Shown: positions 6,368 through 18,011 of the stretch, one piece after another
How positions within the stretch are numbered: position 1 is the first letter of the stretch
Layout of the letters: the number at the start of each line of letters is the position of its first letter
From: Candidatus Dormiibacterota bacterium
Lineage (GTDB): Bacteria > Chloroflexota > Dormibacteria > Dormibacterales > Dormibacteraceae
Direction: 5' to 3'
Length of the DNA stretch: 46,064 nucleotides
Assembly: GCA_036378395.1 (NCBI GenBank)
Contig: DASUWN010000023.1
Location: forward strand, 1-46,064
Notes under the pieces: generated by a model
Databases searched by the model: none
What the model was told of the DNA's origin: nothing
Seen by the model: the letters and a program-made list of their open reading frames with translations, nothing else
Translations under genes and position numbers: made by a program

Positions 6368-8467
6368 GTGGCTCAACCTTCCGCTGACGTTTCCCGCGAC
6401 GTCCCCTCAAAGAAGGAGTCGCGGCGCCACTTCCGGAAGCGAGTGCGGGAGGCGCTGGCGAACCAGCCGCTCCAGGACAACATGACCGCGGTCATGCCGG
6501 GACTCCGGGAGCGGCGGAACCGCGGCTTCGAGTCCTGGGACTTCGAATCGGGGCGGCAGGACCTCAAGGGCCGACGGCTGGCCAACCTGGACCGCCTGCC
6601 CGAGCTGCTCGACGAGTTTCGCGCGCGATTGGAGGAGGTCGGCGGGGTCTTCCATATGGCGGCCGACGCCGAAGAGGCGCGGCGGATCATCGGCGAGATC
6701 TGCGCTGCGGCCGGGGCGGGGATCGTGACCAAGTCGAAGTCGATGGCGACCGAGGAGATCCTTTTGAACCCCTACCTCGAGGGGCTCGGAATGGAGGTGG
6801 TCGAGACCGACCTCGGCGAGCGCGCGGTGCAGCTGCTGCACGAGCACCCGAGCCACCTGATCGCGCCCGCGATCCACGTCACCCTGGAGGAATGGGCTCG
6901 CACTTTCGACGCGCCGCCCGACCCAGCCCAGATCCAGGCGCGGGTCCGCGAGCAGCTGCGAGAGAAGTTCATCAACGCGGCGGTCGGCATCTCAGGCGCC
7001 AACTTCGCGATCGCCGAGACGGGGACGGTCGGGATCGTCACCAACGAGGGCAACGCCGACCTGACGGTGACTCTGCCGCCGGTGCACATCGCCGTGTTCG
7101 GCGTCGACAAGCTGATCGCGACGCTGGACGACGCCGTCGCCATCCTGCGCATGCTGCCGCGCTCGGGCACCGGTCAGCGGATGACCACCTACGTCAACTG
7201 GGTGACCGGCCCCTCGCGCTCGGCCGACATCGGGTCGACTCTGACGATCGGGGCGCACGGACCGCGCGAGATGCACTGCGTGGTGATCGACAACGGGCGG
7301 TCTGAGATGCGGTCTTCGCCCGTGTTTGCGTCAGCTTTGACGTGCATCCGCTGCGGCGCCTGCTCGAACGCGTGCCCTCCCTTCATGGCCGTGACCGGGC
7401 ACCAGTTCGGGCACATCTACAACGGGCCGATCGGGCTGGTCCTGACGCCGTTCCACCACGGACTGGCCGCCGACGAGCTGCCGCAGTCGCTGTGCACGCA
7501 GTGCGGTGCGTGCCAGGACATCTGCCCGGTCGACATCCCGCTGCCGCGCCAGATTCTCGAGCACCGGCGCGCGTCGGGGCGCAAGACCCTGGCCAAGCGA
7601 GCTCTGCTCGAGGTGTGGTCGCGGCCGGCGATCGCGTCGATGGCGCTGGGGGTTGGCCGGGCGGTCGACGGGTTGGCGCCGGTGCAGCTGGCGCCGCGGC
7701 CGTTCCGGTCGCTGGTGGAGGCGGACGAGTCGTACTCCGGGAAGCCGCTGACGCTCTTCGCCTCCTGCCTGGTCGACCGGGTGACGCCCGAGGCGGCGGT
7801 CGCGCTGGAGCGGATCGCGCGGGCGGCGGGCTATCGCGTTTCCTTTCCCCGCGCCCAGTGGTGCTGCGGGTTGATGCCGGCCAACGCGGGGTCTTTCGAG
7901 CGCGGCGTGGCCCTCAGCTCGCAGCTGTTGTCGGCGCTCGAAGGATCGGAAGGGCCGATCGTGACGCCGTCGGCGTCGTGCTTCGGCGCGGTCACGATGG
8001 ACGCGCGCGAGTGGGGCCAGGGCGATCCGCGGCTGGAGGAGATCGCGTCGCGGATGCGCGACTCGACGCGGTTCGTGCTCGAGCTGCTGGAGGGTGGCTC
8101 GCTGCCGGTGCCGGGGGGCGTGGGCGGGCGGCCGCGGATTGCCTACCACGATTCCTGCCAGTCACAGCGCCAGCTCGGCCTGAAGGCCGAGCCCCGGCGC
8201 GTCCTCGAGCTGGCGGGCTACGAAGTCGTCGACCTGCCCGACATCGCCAACTGCTGCGGGTTCGGCGGGACCTTCAGCTTCGACTGGCCCGAGGTCGCCG
8301 ACCGGCTCGCGCAATGGAAGCTCGACGCCATTGCGGCGACCGGCTGCTCGGTGGTCGCCTCCGACAACCCGGGCTGCCTGATGCACATCCGGGGCGCGGC
8401 CCGCCGGCGCCGGTTGGACCTCCGCGTGGCGCACGTCCTGGAACTGGTCGCCGCCCGCCTGCCCTAA
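6368..8467 (+). CDS. LutB-LutA fusion: LUD-domain / 4Fe-4S protein fused to a CCG-domain Fe-S oxidoreductase (lactate-utilisation type)
   Basis: The N-terminal ~450 aa are collinear with LutB (KSKSMATEEILLN, VETDLGE, NEGNADL, CIRCGACSNACP, CTQCGACQDICP). The C-terminal ~240 aa are collinear with LutA (FASCLVD, QWCCG, YHDSCQ, NCCGFGGTFS, NPGCLMHI). Confidence 0.8.
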   Translation: MAQPSADVSRDVPSKKESRRHFRKRVREALANQPLQDNMTAVMPGLRERRNRGFESWDFESGRQDLKGRRLANLDRLPELLDEFRARLEEVGGVFHMAADAEEARRIIGEICAAAGAGIVTKSKSMATEEILLNPYLEGLGMEVVETDLGERAVQLLHEHPSHLIAPAIHVTLEEWARTFDAPPDPAQIQARVREQLREKFINAAVGISGANFAIAETGTVGIVTNEGNADLTVTLPPVHIAVFGVDKLIATLDDAVAILRMLPRSGTGQRMTTYVNWVTGPSRSADIGSTLTIGAHGPREMHCVVIDNGRSEMRSSPVFASALTCIRCGACSNACPPFMAVTGHQFGHIYNGPIGLVLTPFHHGLAADELPQSLCTQCGACQDICPVDIPLPRQILEHRRASGRKTLAKRALLEVWSRPAIASMALGVGRAVDGLAPVQLAPRPFRSLVEADESYSGKPLTLFASCLVDRVTPEAAVALERIARAAGYRVSFPRAQWCCGLMPANAGSFERGVALSSQLLSALEGSEGPIVTPSASCFGAVTMDAREWGQGDPRLEEIASRMRDSTRFVLELLEGGSLPVPGGVGGRPRIAYHDSCQSQRQLGLKAEPRRVLELAGYEVVDLPDIANCCGFGGTFSFDWPEVADRLAQWKLDAIAATGCSVVASDNPGCLMHIRGAARRRRLDLRVAHVLELVAARLP

Positions 8468-8486
8468 CCCCCCCGCGTGCGGCGGC

Positions 8487-8549
8487 GGCGATTTCTAGAT
8501 GCGGCGCCCTGGGGCGGGGGTTGGAGGGCGCGGGATCTAGAAATGGCGG
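8487..8549. repeat. 63-bp palindromic element, family Q, copy 1
   Basis: GGCGATTTCTAGATGCGGCGCCC...GGGCGCGGGATCTAGAAATGGCGG. ~21-nt inverted arms with 3 mismatches and two CTAGs. A near-identical second copy sits at 10120-10182 in the same orientation. Confidence 0.8.
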
Positions 8550-8600
8550 CCTTAACAGGGATGGTTGGGGGTGGCGAGGCGGCGGGCCGATGCTTTCCCC

Positions 8601-9467
8601 ATGCCCCAACCACTGATCCCGCCCGAACTGGGGGCCGGTCCGTTCAGCCTCGGCCGCGCGCTGAGGGCCGGCCTGTCGCGCCACCACCTCGAGTCCAGAG
8701 TGTGGCGGCGATTGGCCCACCAAACCTACGCCCTGCGGGACGCACCGACGACTCCGGAGGGACTGCTCGCCGCCAGCTTGGAACGGCTGCCACCGGAGAC
8801 CGTGTTTTCGGGAACCACCGCAGCCTGGCTGCACGGCCTCGACCTTTCGCCCACCGATCCGATCGACGTGACGCTGCCACCGGGGAGCGTGGTTTCCCAG
8901 CGAGTGGGGCTCCGCGTACACCGGCGACGCCTGTCCCGGGCCGAGATCGTGCCGCGCGGCAACTTCTCCATCACATCCATCGAGCGGACCCTCTTCGACC
9001 TGGCCCGCGACCTGCCCCTGGTGGAGGCGGTCGTCGCCGCCGACATGGCGCTCTATGCGGGGCAGGTGCGGCTGGGCGCGCTGACGCGGTTTGCGTGGCG
9101 CCGCGGACGGTGGCCGGGGTCGCGAAAGTTGCGGCGGGTCATCGAGCTGGCAGAACCCAAGACCGAGTCGCCGATGGAAACGCGCCTCCGGATGCGGCTG
9201 GTCCTGGCGGGACTGCCACGCCCCGAGGCCCAGGTGGAACTCCACGACGCCGAGGGTCACTTCCTCGCCAGGGCCGACCTTTACTACCCCGAAGCGCGGC
9301 TGGTGCTCGAGTTCGACGGCTCGGTCCACCGGGACCGCCTCACCGAGGACAGCCGGCGCCAGAACCAGCTGCTGGCGGCCGGATACCGCCTCCTGCGCTT
9401 CACCACCGCCGACGTTCTGGGCCGGCCCGAGACCGTGGTCGCGCTGGTTCGGGGCGCGTTGACTTAG
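8601..9467 (+). CDS. DUF559 / Vsr-like endonuclease-fold protein with an AbiEi_4-like N-terminal domain
   Basis: N-terminus MPQPLIPPELGAGPFSLGRALRAGLSRHHLESRVWRRL. C-terminus EFDGSVHRDRLTEDSRRQNQLLAAGYRLLRFT. Typical of the actinobacterial DUF559 family, recognised from memory. Confidence 0.7.
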   Translation: MPQPLIPPELGAGPFSLGRALRAGLSRHHLESRVWRRLAHQTYALRDAPTTPEGLLAASLERLPPETVFSGTTAAWLHGLDLSPTDPIDVTLPPGSVVSQRVGLRVHRRRLSRAEIVPRGNFSITSIERTLFDLARDLPLVEAVVAADMALYAGQVRLGALTRFAWRRGRWPGSRKLRRVIELAEPKTESPMETRLRMRLVLAGLPRPEAQVELHDAEGHFLARADLYYPEARLVLEFDGSVHRDRLTEDSRRQNQLLAAGYRLLRFTTADVLGRPETVVALVRGALT

Positions 9468-9487
9468 TCGGGGACTTAGTTTAGTTT
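9459..9487 (+). promoter_or_regulatory. candidate promoter giving a leaderless TA transcript, with ACTTAGT direct repeats
   Basis: TTGACT, 17 nt, TAGTTT, ending 7 nt before the TTG start at 9495. GACTTAGT occurs twice (9461-9468, 9473-9480). This is the most AT-rich stretch in the window. Confidence 0.35.
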
Positions 9488-9494
9488 GAATTAA

Positions 9495-9725
9495 TTGACG
9501 AGGGTTGGCGTCCACCAGGCCAAGACCCGGCTGTCCGAGCTGCTGCGCCGGGTCGCCAGCGGCGAGGAGATCGTGATCATGCGCGGAGCTGATCCGATCG
9601 CGAAGCTCGTGCCCGTCGCTTCGGGCCGGCAGCGGCGGCTGGGAATCGATCGGGGCAAGCTCACCGTTCCCGACGACTTCGACGCTCCACTCCCCGACGA
9701 GGTCCTGGACGGGTTCGAGCAGTGA
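9495..9725 (+). CDS. type II antitoxin, Phd/YefM family
   Basis: VGVHQAKTRLSELLRRVASGEEIVIMRGADPIAKLVP. 76 aa. Overlaps the toxin gene by 4 nt. Confidence 0.8.
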   Translation: MTRVGVHQAKTRLSELLRRVASGEEIVIMRGADPIAKLVPVASGRQRRLGIDRGKLTVPDDFDAPLPDEVLDGFEQ

Positions 9726-10114
9726 CCTACCTGCTGGACACCCACGTCTGGCTCTGGATGCAGGCGGCGCCGGAGCGGCTGAGCGACCGCGTCCGCAAGC
9801 TGATCGCGGACGCGGGCGTCGACCTGCTGTTCTCCGCGGCCAGCTCCTGGGAGATAGCCATCAAGCATTCACAGGGGCGGCTCGAACTGCCCGAGCCGCC
9901 GGTCACCTATGTGCCCTCCCGGATGCGCGCTTCAGGCGTGCAGGGCCTCCCGATCAAACACATCCACGCCCTCCAGATGGCCGGCCTCGAGCCGCACCAT
10001 CGCGATCCATTCGATCGAATGCTGGTCGCCCAAGCGCAGGTCGAGGGCCTGACGATCATCACCGCCGATCCCGTGTTCTCCCGTTACGCGGTGCCGGTCC
10101 TGATCGCCGCCTAA
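9722..10114 (+). CDS. vapC: type II toxin, PIN-domain ribonuclease (VapC family)
   Basis: MTYLLDTHVWLWM, SAASSWEIAIK, HRDPFDRMLVAQAQVEGLTIITAD. 130 aa. Confidence 0.85.
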   Translation: MTYLLDTHVWLWMQAAPERLSDRVRKLIADAGVDLLFSAASSWEIAIKHSQGRLELPEPPVTYVPSRMRASGVQGLPIKHIHALQMAGLEPHHRDPFDRMLVAQAQVEGLTIITADPVFSRYAVPVLIAA

Positions 10115-10119
10115 ACGGA

Positions 10120-10182
10120 GGCGATTTCTAGATGGGGCGCCCCGCGGAGGCGATTGCAGGGCGCGGGATCTAGAAATGGCGG
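10120..10182. repeat. 63-bp palindromic element, family Q, copy 2
   Basis: GGCGATTTCTAGATGGGGCGCCC...GGGCGCGGGATCTAGAAATGGCGG. Direct-orientation partner of 8487-8549. Lies between the vapC stop and the LLM stop. Confidence 0.8.
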
Positions 10183-10183
10183 G

Positions 10184-11119
10184 TTAGCCGGGAGAGGAGG
10201 CGAGCTCCCGCAGCGGCGCGATGACCTCGTCGACGAGCCGGCGGACGTTGCGCATATCCGCTCCCGGCAGCACGAAGTACTGGTAACCCGCCGCCTGTAG
10301 CGACCGCACCCGCTCCACCGCTTCGGCGGGCGTGCAGTAGCTCGGGATCTTCTCAAGGAAGTCCATAATCCGGGCGCGGACCGGGTCGCTCCGGACCGCC
10401 TCCTGCATCGCCGCGGCCTGCTCCGGGCTGTCGGCGAGGACGAACCCGGCCTGGGTGGTTCGCAGCACCGCCTCCCGCGGGCGGCCGGCCTCGGCGAGCA
10501 GCCGGTCGAGAGTCTCCAGCTTGCGCCGAGCATCCTCGGGCGTGAACGCGCCCCCCGCCCAGGAGGCGGCCGCCATGTTGTTGGCGTCGGCGAAGCGGGC
10601 AGCCAGCGGCAGCGTGGTCTTGGCGCCCCCGCCGGCGACCAGGATCGGCACGTGCGGCTGCTGCGCCGCCGGCGGCCGCAGCTGTGCGCCGCCGACCGCT
10701 TCCCCACGCAGCAGCGCGGGCACCACCTGGAGCGCCCGCTCGAGCGCAACCGCCCGCTCCGCGGGCGGCGGGTAGGCCAGACCCATCTGCTCGAACTCCC
10801 AGGGCATGTCTCCGCTGCCGATCCCGAGAACAACCCGCCCACCGGAGATCCGGTCCACGTCGGCGACCACCCGGGCCAGCTGGACCGGGTTCCGGTAGTA
10901 AACGCAAGTCACCATGGTTCCGAGGCGGATCCGCGATGTCGCCTCGGCCAGGCCGGCCAAGAGGGTCCACGAGTCCCAGCCCAAAAGCGGGTGGTCGGGC
11001 ATCCAGACCGAATCGAAACCGAGCTCCTCATAGGCCTGCACGGTTTCGCGGAGCGCGGGCCAGTCGCCGCCGCCAGTGATCGTCAGGCCGAAGCCGGGCT
11101 TTTCGAGATGGGAGCTCAC
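10184..11119 (-). CDS. LLM-class (luciferase-like) F420-dependent oxidoreductase
   Basis: [31 protein letters not shown]. Start trimmed to GTG 11119 (alternative GTG 11140). The upstream part of ORF 10184-12091 is antisense to metH. Confidence 0.8.
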   Translation of the reverse strand: MSSHLEKPGFGLTITGGGDWPALRETVQAYEELGFDSVWMPDHPLLGWDSWTLLAGLAEATSRIRLGTMVTCVYYRNPVQLARVVADVDRISGGRVVLGIGSGDMPWEFEQMGLAYPPPAERAVALERALQVVPALLRGEAVGGAQLRPPAAQQPHVPILVAGGGAKTTLPLAARFADANNMAAASWAGGAFTPEDARRKLETLDRLLAEAGRPREAVLRTTQAGFVLADSPEQAAAMQEAVRSDPVRARIMDFLEKIPSYCTPAEAVERVRSLQAAGYQYFVLPGADMRNVRRLVDEVIAPLRELASSPG

Positions 11120-11158
11120 CCAGGGATGGACTTCGCTCACCGCCGGCGGAGGATAACA

Positions 11159-14775
<3,617 letters not shown>

Positions 14776-14779
<4 letters not shown>

Positions 14780-14785
14780 ATCTCC
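14776..14785. repeat. 10-bp direct repeat CTAGATCTCC (left copy; contains the metH TAG stop)
   Basis: An identical 10-mer recurs at 15405-15414. The two copies bracket the 14790-15404 gene to within 0-4 nt. Confidence 0.7.
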
Positions 14786-14789
14786 ACCG

Positions 14790-15404
14790 CTAGTGGATCC
14801 GGCCGTTCATGTCGCTGGCCGCCGTCTTGGCGTCCTGCGAGGTGACTCCCCATCCGATCAGGAAGCACACGAACGACTTGTTCTGCCAGATGGCGACCGA
14901 GAAGCTCGTGCTCTGGATCGCCTGCGAGGCAAAAGCCGAGTTGGGGCCGAGGCCGGTCGCGTCGCCGGTGGTCGCGCCCTGCATCTGCTTGGTGTCGGTC
15001 GGCTTGAAGCCGAACACGCCAGACGTGTAGGCGGTCGCGGCGCTGGCGTCGTCCTTGTACTGGATGACGACGCTGCCCAGGAGCTTCTCGTTGGGTCCGC
15101 TGGCGCCATTGCCGCCGCTCAGCGACTTACACGACGACGCGCTGTTGGTGAAGATCGACACGTAGCCGGCCTTGGCGCCGGCTGCCTGCTGCTTCTGCCA
15201 CTCCTGCTGCGTCGTCTTGTCCTGGGTGCCGACCTTGGTCACGTCGCCAGAGTCCGAGCTGCACTGGCTCAGGCCCGAAGGCACGTCGCTCTGCTGCATG
15301 CTCACCGACTGGGCGCTCGCGGGTGCGATCGCCGCGATCGGGTTGGGCGCGCCGCCACAGGCCATGGCGAGCGCCAGCGGAACCGCTACGAAGAGCCTCT
15401 TCAT
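14790..15404 (-). CDS. secreted protein or putative lipoprotein of unknown function
   Basis: Signal peptide MKRLFVAVPLALAMAC-GG with an imperfect lipobox. A Ser/Thr/Gln-rich 204-aa body with no recognisable catalytic motif. Confidence 0.55.
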   Translation of the reverse strand: MKRLFVAVPLALAMACGGAPNPIAAIAPASAQSVSMQQSDVPSGLSQCSSDSGDVTKVGTQDKTTQQEWQKQQAAGAKAGYVSIFTNSASSCKSLSGGNGASGPNEKLLGSVVIQYKDDASAATAYTSGVFGFKPTDTKQMQGATTGDATGLGPNSAFASQAIQSTSFSVAIWQNKSFVCFLIGWGVTSQDAKTAASDMNGRIH

Positions 15405-15414
15405 CTAGATCTCC
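15405..15414. repeat. 10-bp direct repeat CTAGATCTCC (right copy; its complement GGAGATCTAG abuts the ATG and supplies GGAG)
   Basis: Direct reading: tcat|ctagatctcc. Confidence 0.7.
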
Positions 15415-15557
15415 CTCTGTGGAATTTCCCCCGGGTGCGAGCCGGGAAGAGTAGCAGAGGCCGGCGGCTAAAACTCTGTCTAGCCAGCGACTTGACGGGC
15501 TGTTAGCATGGCGCGGCCATCGGGAGCGGAGGGGTTCCGGGAGCGGGGTCGGGGTGG

Positions 15558-18011
15558 TTGCGGCACGCGATCGCGGCCGCCGGCTGCCTCGCGGTGGTCG
15601 CCGCCCTGGCACCCACTTCAGCGGTGGCGGCGGGTCCGGCGCCTGGACGGGCGATGGCGATCGGCAGCCCGCACTTTGCGGCGCCGCGCCAGGCCGGTCG
15701 CGCTCCGACCGCACCGATTGCGACGACCCCGATGACCTACGGGGGTGGGTCCCCGCGCGGCGCGATCCTGGCGCCGATCGCGTACCTCGTCTTCTGGGGC
15801 GACTGGACCAGCACGGCATCGCAGGTCACGACCCACAACTTCACTCGGAACTTCTTCACCGACGTCGGCGGGACCAGCTGGCTGCACACGGTCACGCAGT
15901 ACTGCTCTGGCGCCGTGGCCACGGCCGCCTCGTGCGGCACGGGCACGCTGCCGATAACCAACCCCGCACTCTCCTTCGGTGGCGAGTGGGACGATACCTC
16001 GAGCCCGAGCTGGGGCGCGAATGCGACGGAGACCGATGTTGCGAACGCCCTGGCCACTGAGGTTCAGAGCTCGCTGAGCCACTTCCCTGGCCTGGTTCCA
16101 ACCAACGCGGTCATCTTCGTGATGCCGCACGGCGGCGCCGTCCCATTCGGCTATCGCAGCACCTATTGCGGATTCCACACGGCGTTTTCCAGCGGCGGGT
16201 TGATATACCAGGATTCGCTGCTCCCGTACTCGTCGGGCGACCCGTATTGCTGGGCGAACTTTGGCAGCAATCCCGACTCCGGCTACTCGATCGTGGGCGG
16301 CCACGAGTACGCGGAGGCGATCACCGATCCGTGGCCCAACGTCGGCTGGGTCAACCGTGATCCGGCTTTAGGCGGACAGGGGGAGATCGGCGACCTGTGC
16401 GACGGCAACCACCTCGCGGACGGGACCGTGACCCTCAGCAACGGGCACAGCTACCCCGTTCAGGCGCTGTTCAGCAACGCTGACCTGCCGAGCCCGTGCG
16501 TATTCGGCACCAGCCTGGCTCAGGTTCCAGGCGCCCCGACCGCTGTGACCGCGGTCGCCGGAATCGGGTCGGCAATCGTGAGCTGGGCACCGCCGGCCTC
16601 GATTGGCTCCAGCGCGATCACGCTGTACACGATCGCGTCCTCCGGCGGCGCCGTTGTGTCAGTCGGTGCCGGAGTCAACACGGCCAAGTTCACCGCGCTC
16701 GCGACGGGCGCTCACACGTTCACCGTCACCGCGACCAACGCCGCCGGCGTCGGACCGGCGTCGTCACCGTCCAACACCGTGTATCCCCTCGCGGGTGGGA
16801 CCTACCACCCGCAGGCGCCGCAGCGCATCCTCGACACGCGAACTGGGAATGGGACCGGCGGCGACACCCATCCGGTGGGCCCAGGCGGAGAGCTGACGGT
16901 GCTGGTCGCGGGCCGGGGTGGCGTGCCCGCCGCCCACGTCAGCGCGGTGGTCCTCAACGTGACGGTCACCGACGCCAGCTGGTTCAGCTACCTTACCGTG
17001 TACCCCACGGGCATCGCGCCACCCCTCGCATCCAATCTCAACTGGGCGCCCGGTCAGACGGTTGCCAACCTGGTCGAAATTCCGCTCGGCACCGGCGGCG
17101 AAGTGTCGATCTACAACTCGCAGGGAAGCGCGGACGTGATCTTCGACGTCCAGGGCTGGGTCGGTGACAACTTCAATTCGGCCGGCCGCGACGGCCTGTT
17201 CAATCCCCTCAGTCCCTCCCGCATCCTCGATACACGGACCGGAAACGGAACTGGCGGCTCCGTCGGTCAGCTTGGCCCGGGCCAGTCGCTCAACCTGGTA
17301 GTCGCCGGCCGCGGCGGCGTTCCCGCCTCGGGGGTATCGGCAGTGGTGCTCAACCTGACCGAGACCAGCCCCACCGCCGGCAGCTATCTAACCGCCTATC
17401 CGGCCGGCGTCCAGCCGCCGCTGGCCTCGAACCTCAACTACGGGCCCGGCATCACTCGCGCCAACCGGGTGATGGTCGCGCTTGGGAACAGCGGGATGAT
17501 CACCATCTACAACTCACAAGGCTGGGTCGACGTGATCGTCGACGTCAATGGCTGGTTTACGGACAGCACCAGCCTGGCCGGCGGCAGCGCGTTCGTCGGC
17601 GGTACTCCGAACCGGGTCTACGACACCCGGAACACAGGCGGACCACTTGGCGATGGCGGCACCCTGACGCTGGTCGATTACGGTGCCGCCTACAGCGACA
17701 TCAAAGCCTTCGTCCTGAACGTGACCGTGACCGACACCAGTTGGTACAGCTACCTCGAAGTGTGGCCTTTCGCGGCACCCCAGCCCACCGCCTCGGACAT
17801 CAACTGGGCGCCGGGCGAGACCAATCCCAACCTCGTGATCGTGGCGTCGGGACCCTCGCTCGCCGGCGGGGTGGCTTATGCGGCCTTTGAGACCTACAAC
17901 TCGCAGGGCGCGACCGACGTGATCTACGACATGGTCGGGTACTACGGCTCAGCGGTGGCGGCGCCCTCGCTCGCCAGCCCCCGTTTCGCTAGTGGTCTGT
18001 CCGGGAATTAG
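15558..18011 (+). CDS. secreted multidomain protein: unknown ~300-aa Cys-containing N-domain, FN3, 4 x ~110-aa repeat (same family as in 477-2840)
   Basis: Signal peptide AAAGCLAVVAALAPTSAVAA. The N-domain carries YLVFWGDW, YCGFHTAF and GGHEYAEAITDP. FN3 segment AIVSWAPPASIGSS. Four repeats (RILDTRTGNGTGG ... SNLNW ... YNSQG..DV..DV.GW). The last 7 codons plus the stop lie inside MITE-A copy 2. Confidence 0.8.
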   Translation: MRHAIAAAGCLAVVAALAPTSAVAAGPAPGRAMAIGSPHFAAPRQAGRAPTAPIATTPMTYGGGSPRGAILAPIAYLVFWGDWTSTASQVTTHNFTRNFFTDVGGTSWLHTVTQYCSGAVATAASCGTGTLPITNPALSFGGEWDDTSSPSWGANATETDVANALATEVQSSLSHFPGLVPTNAVIFVMPHGGAVPFGYRSTYCGFHTAFSSGGLIYQDSLLPYSSGDPYCWANFGSNPDSGYSIVGGHEYAEAITDPWPNVGWVNRDPALGGQGEIGDLCDGNHLADGTVTLSNGHSYPVQALFSNADLPSPCVFGTSLAQVPGAPTAVTAVAGIGSAIVSWAPPASIGSSAITLYTIASSGGAVVSVGAGVNTAKFTALATGAHTFTVTATNAAGVGPASSPSNTVYPLAGGTYHPQAPQRILDTRTGNGTGGDTHPVGPGGELTVLVAGRGGVPAAHVSAVVLNVTVTDASWFSYLTVYPTGIAPPLASNLNWAPGQTVANLVEIPLGTGGEVSIYNSQGSADVIFDVQGWVGDNFNSAGRDGLFNPLSPSRILDTRTGNGTGGSVGQLGPGQSLNLVVAGRGGVPASGVSAVVLNLTETSPTAGSYLTAYPAGVQPPLASNLNYGPGITRANRVMVALGNSGMITIYNSQGWVDVIVDVNGWFTDSTSLAGGSAFVGGTPNRVYDTRNTGGPLGDGGTLTLVDYGAAYSDIKAFVLNVTVTDTSWYSYLEVWPFAAPQPTASDINWAPGETNPNLVIVASGPSLAGGVAYAAFETYNSQGATDVIYDMVGYYGSAVAAPSLASPRFASGLSGN

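Noticed and set aside
8601-10114. DUF559 + Phd/VapC read as a novel three-gene defence system
   Set aside because: Both parts are common, independently occurring actinobacterial gene types, and nothing in the sequence links them functionally beyond adjacency. I kept only the repeat-bracketed cassette observation.
11120-11158. Riboswitch or leader upstream of metH (B12) or metY (SAM; 20163-20184)
   Set aside because: The spacers are only ~20-40 nt, far too short for any known riboswitch aptamer.
14790-14806. CTAGTGGATCCGG at the 3' end of the lipoprotein gene resembling the MITE-A terminus CTAGTGGTC..CCGG
   Set aside because: Only ~9-10 matching bases, which are coding (HIRGN...), with no partner inverted repeat nearby. 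Most likely coincidence.
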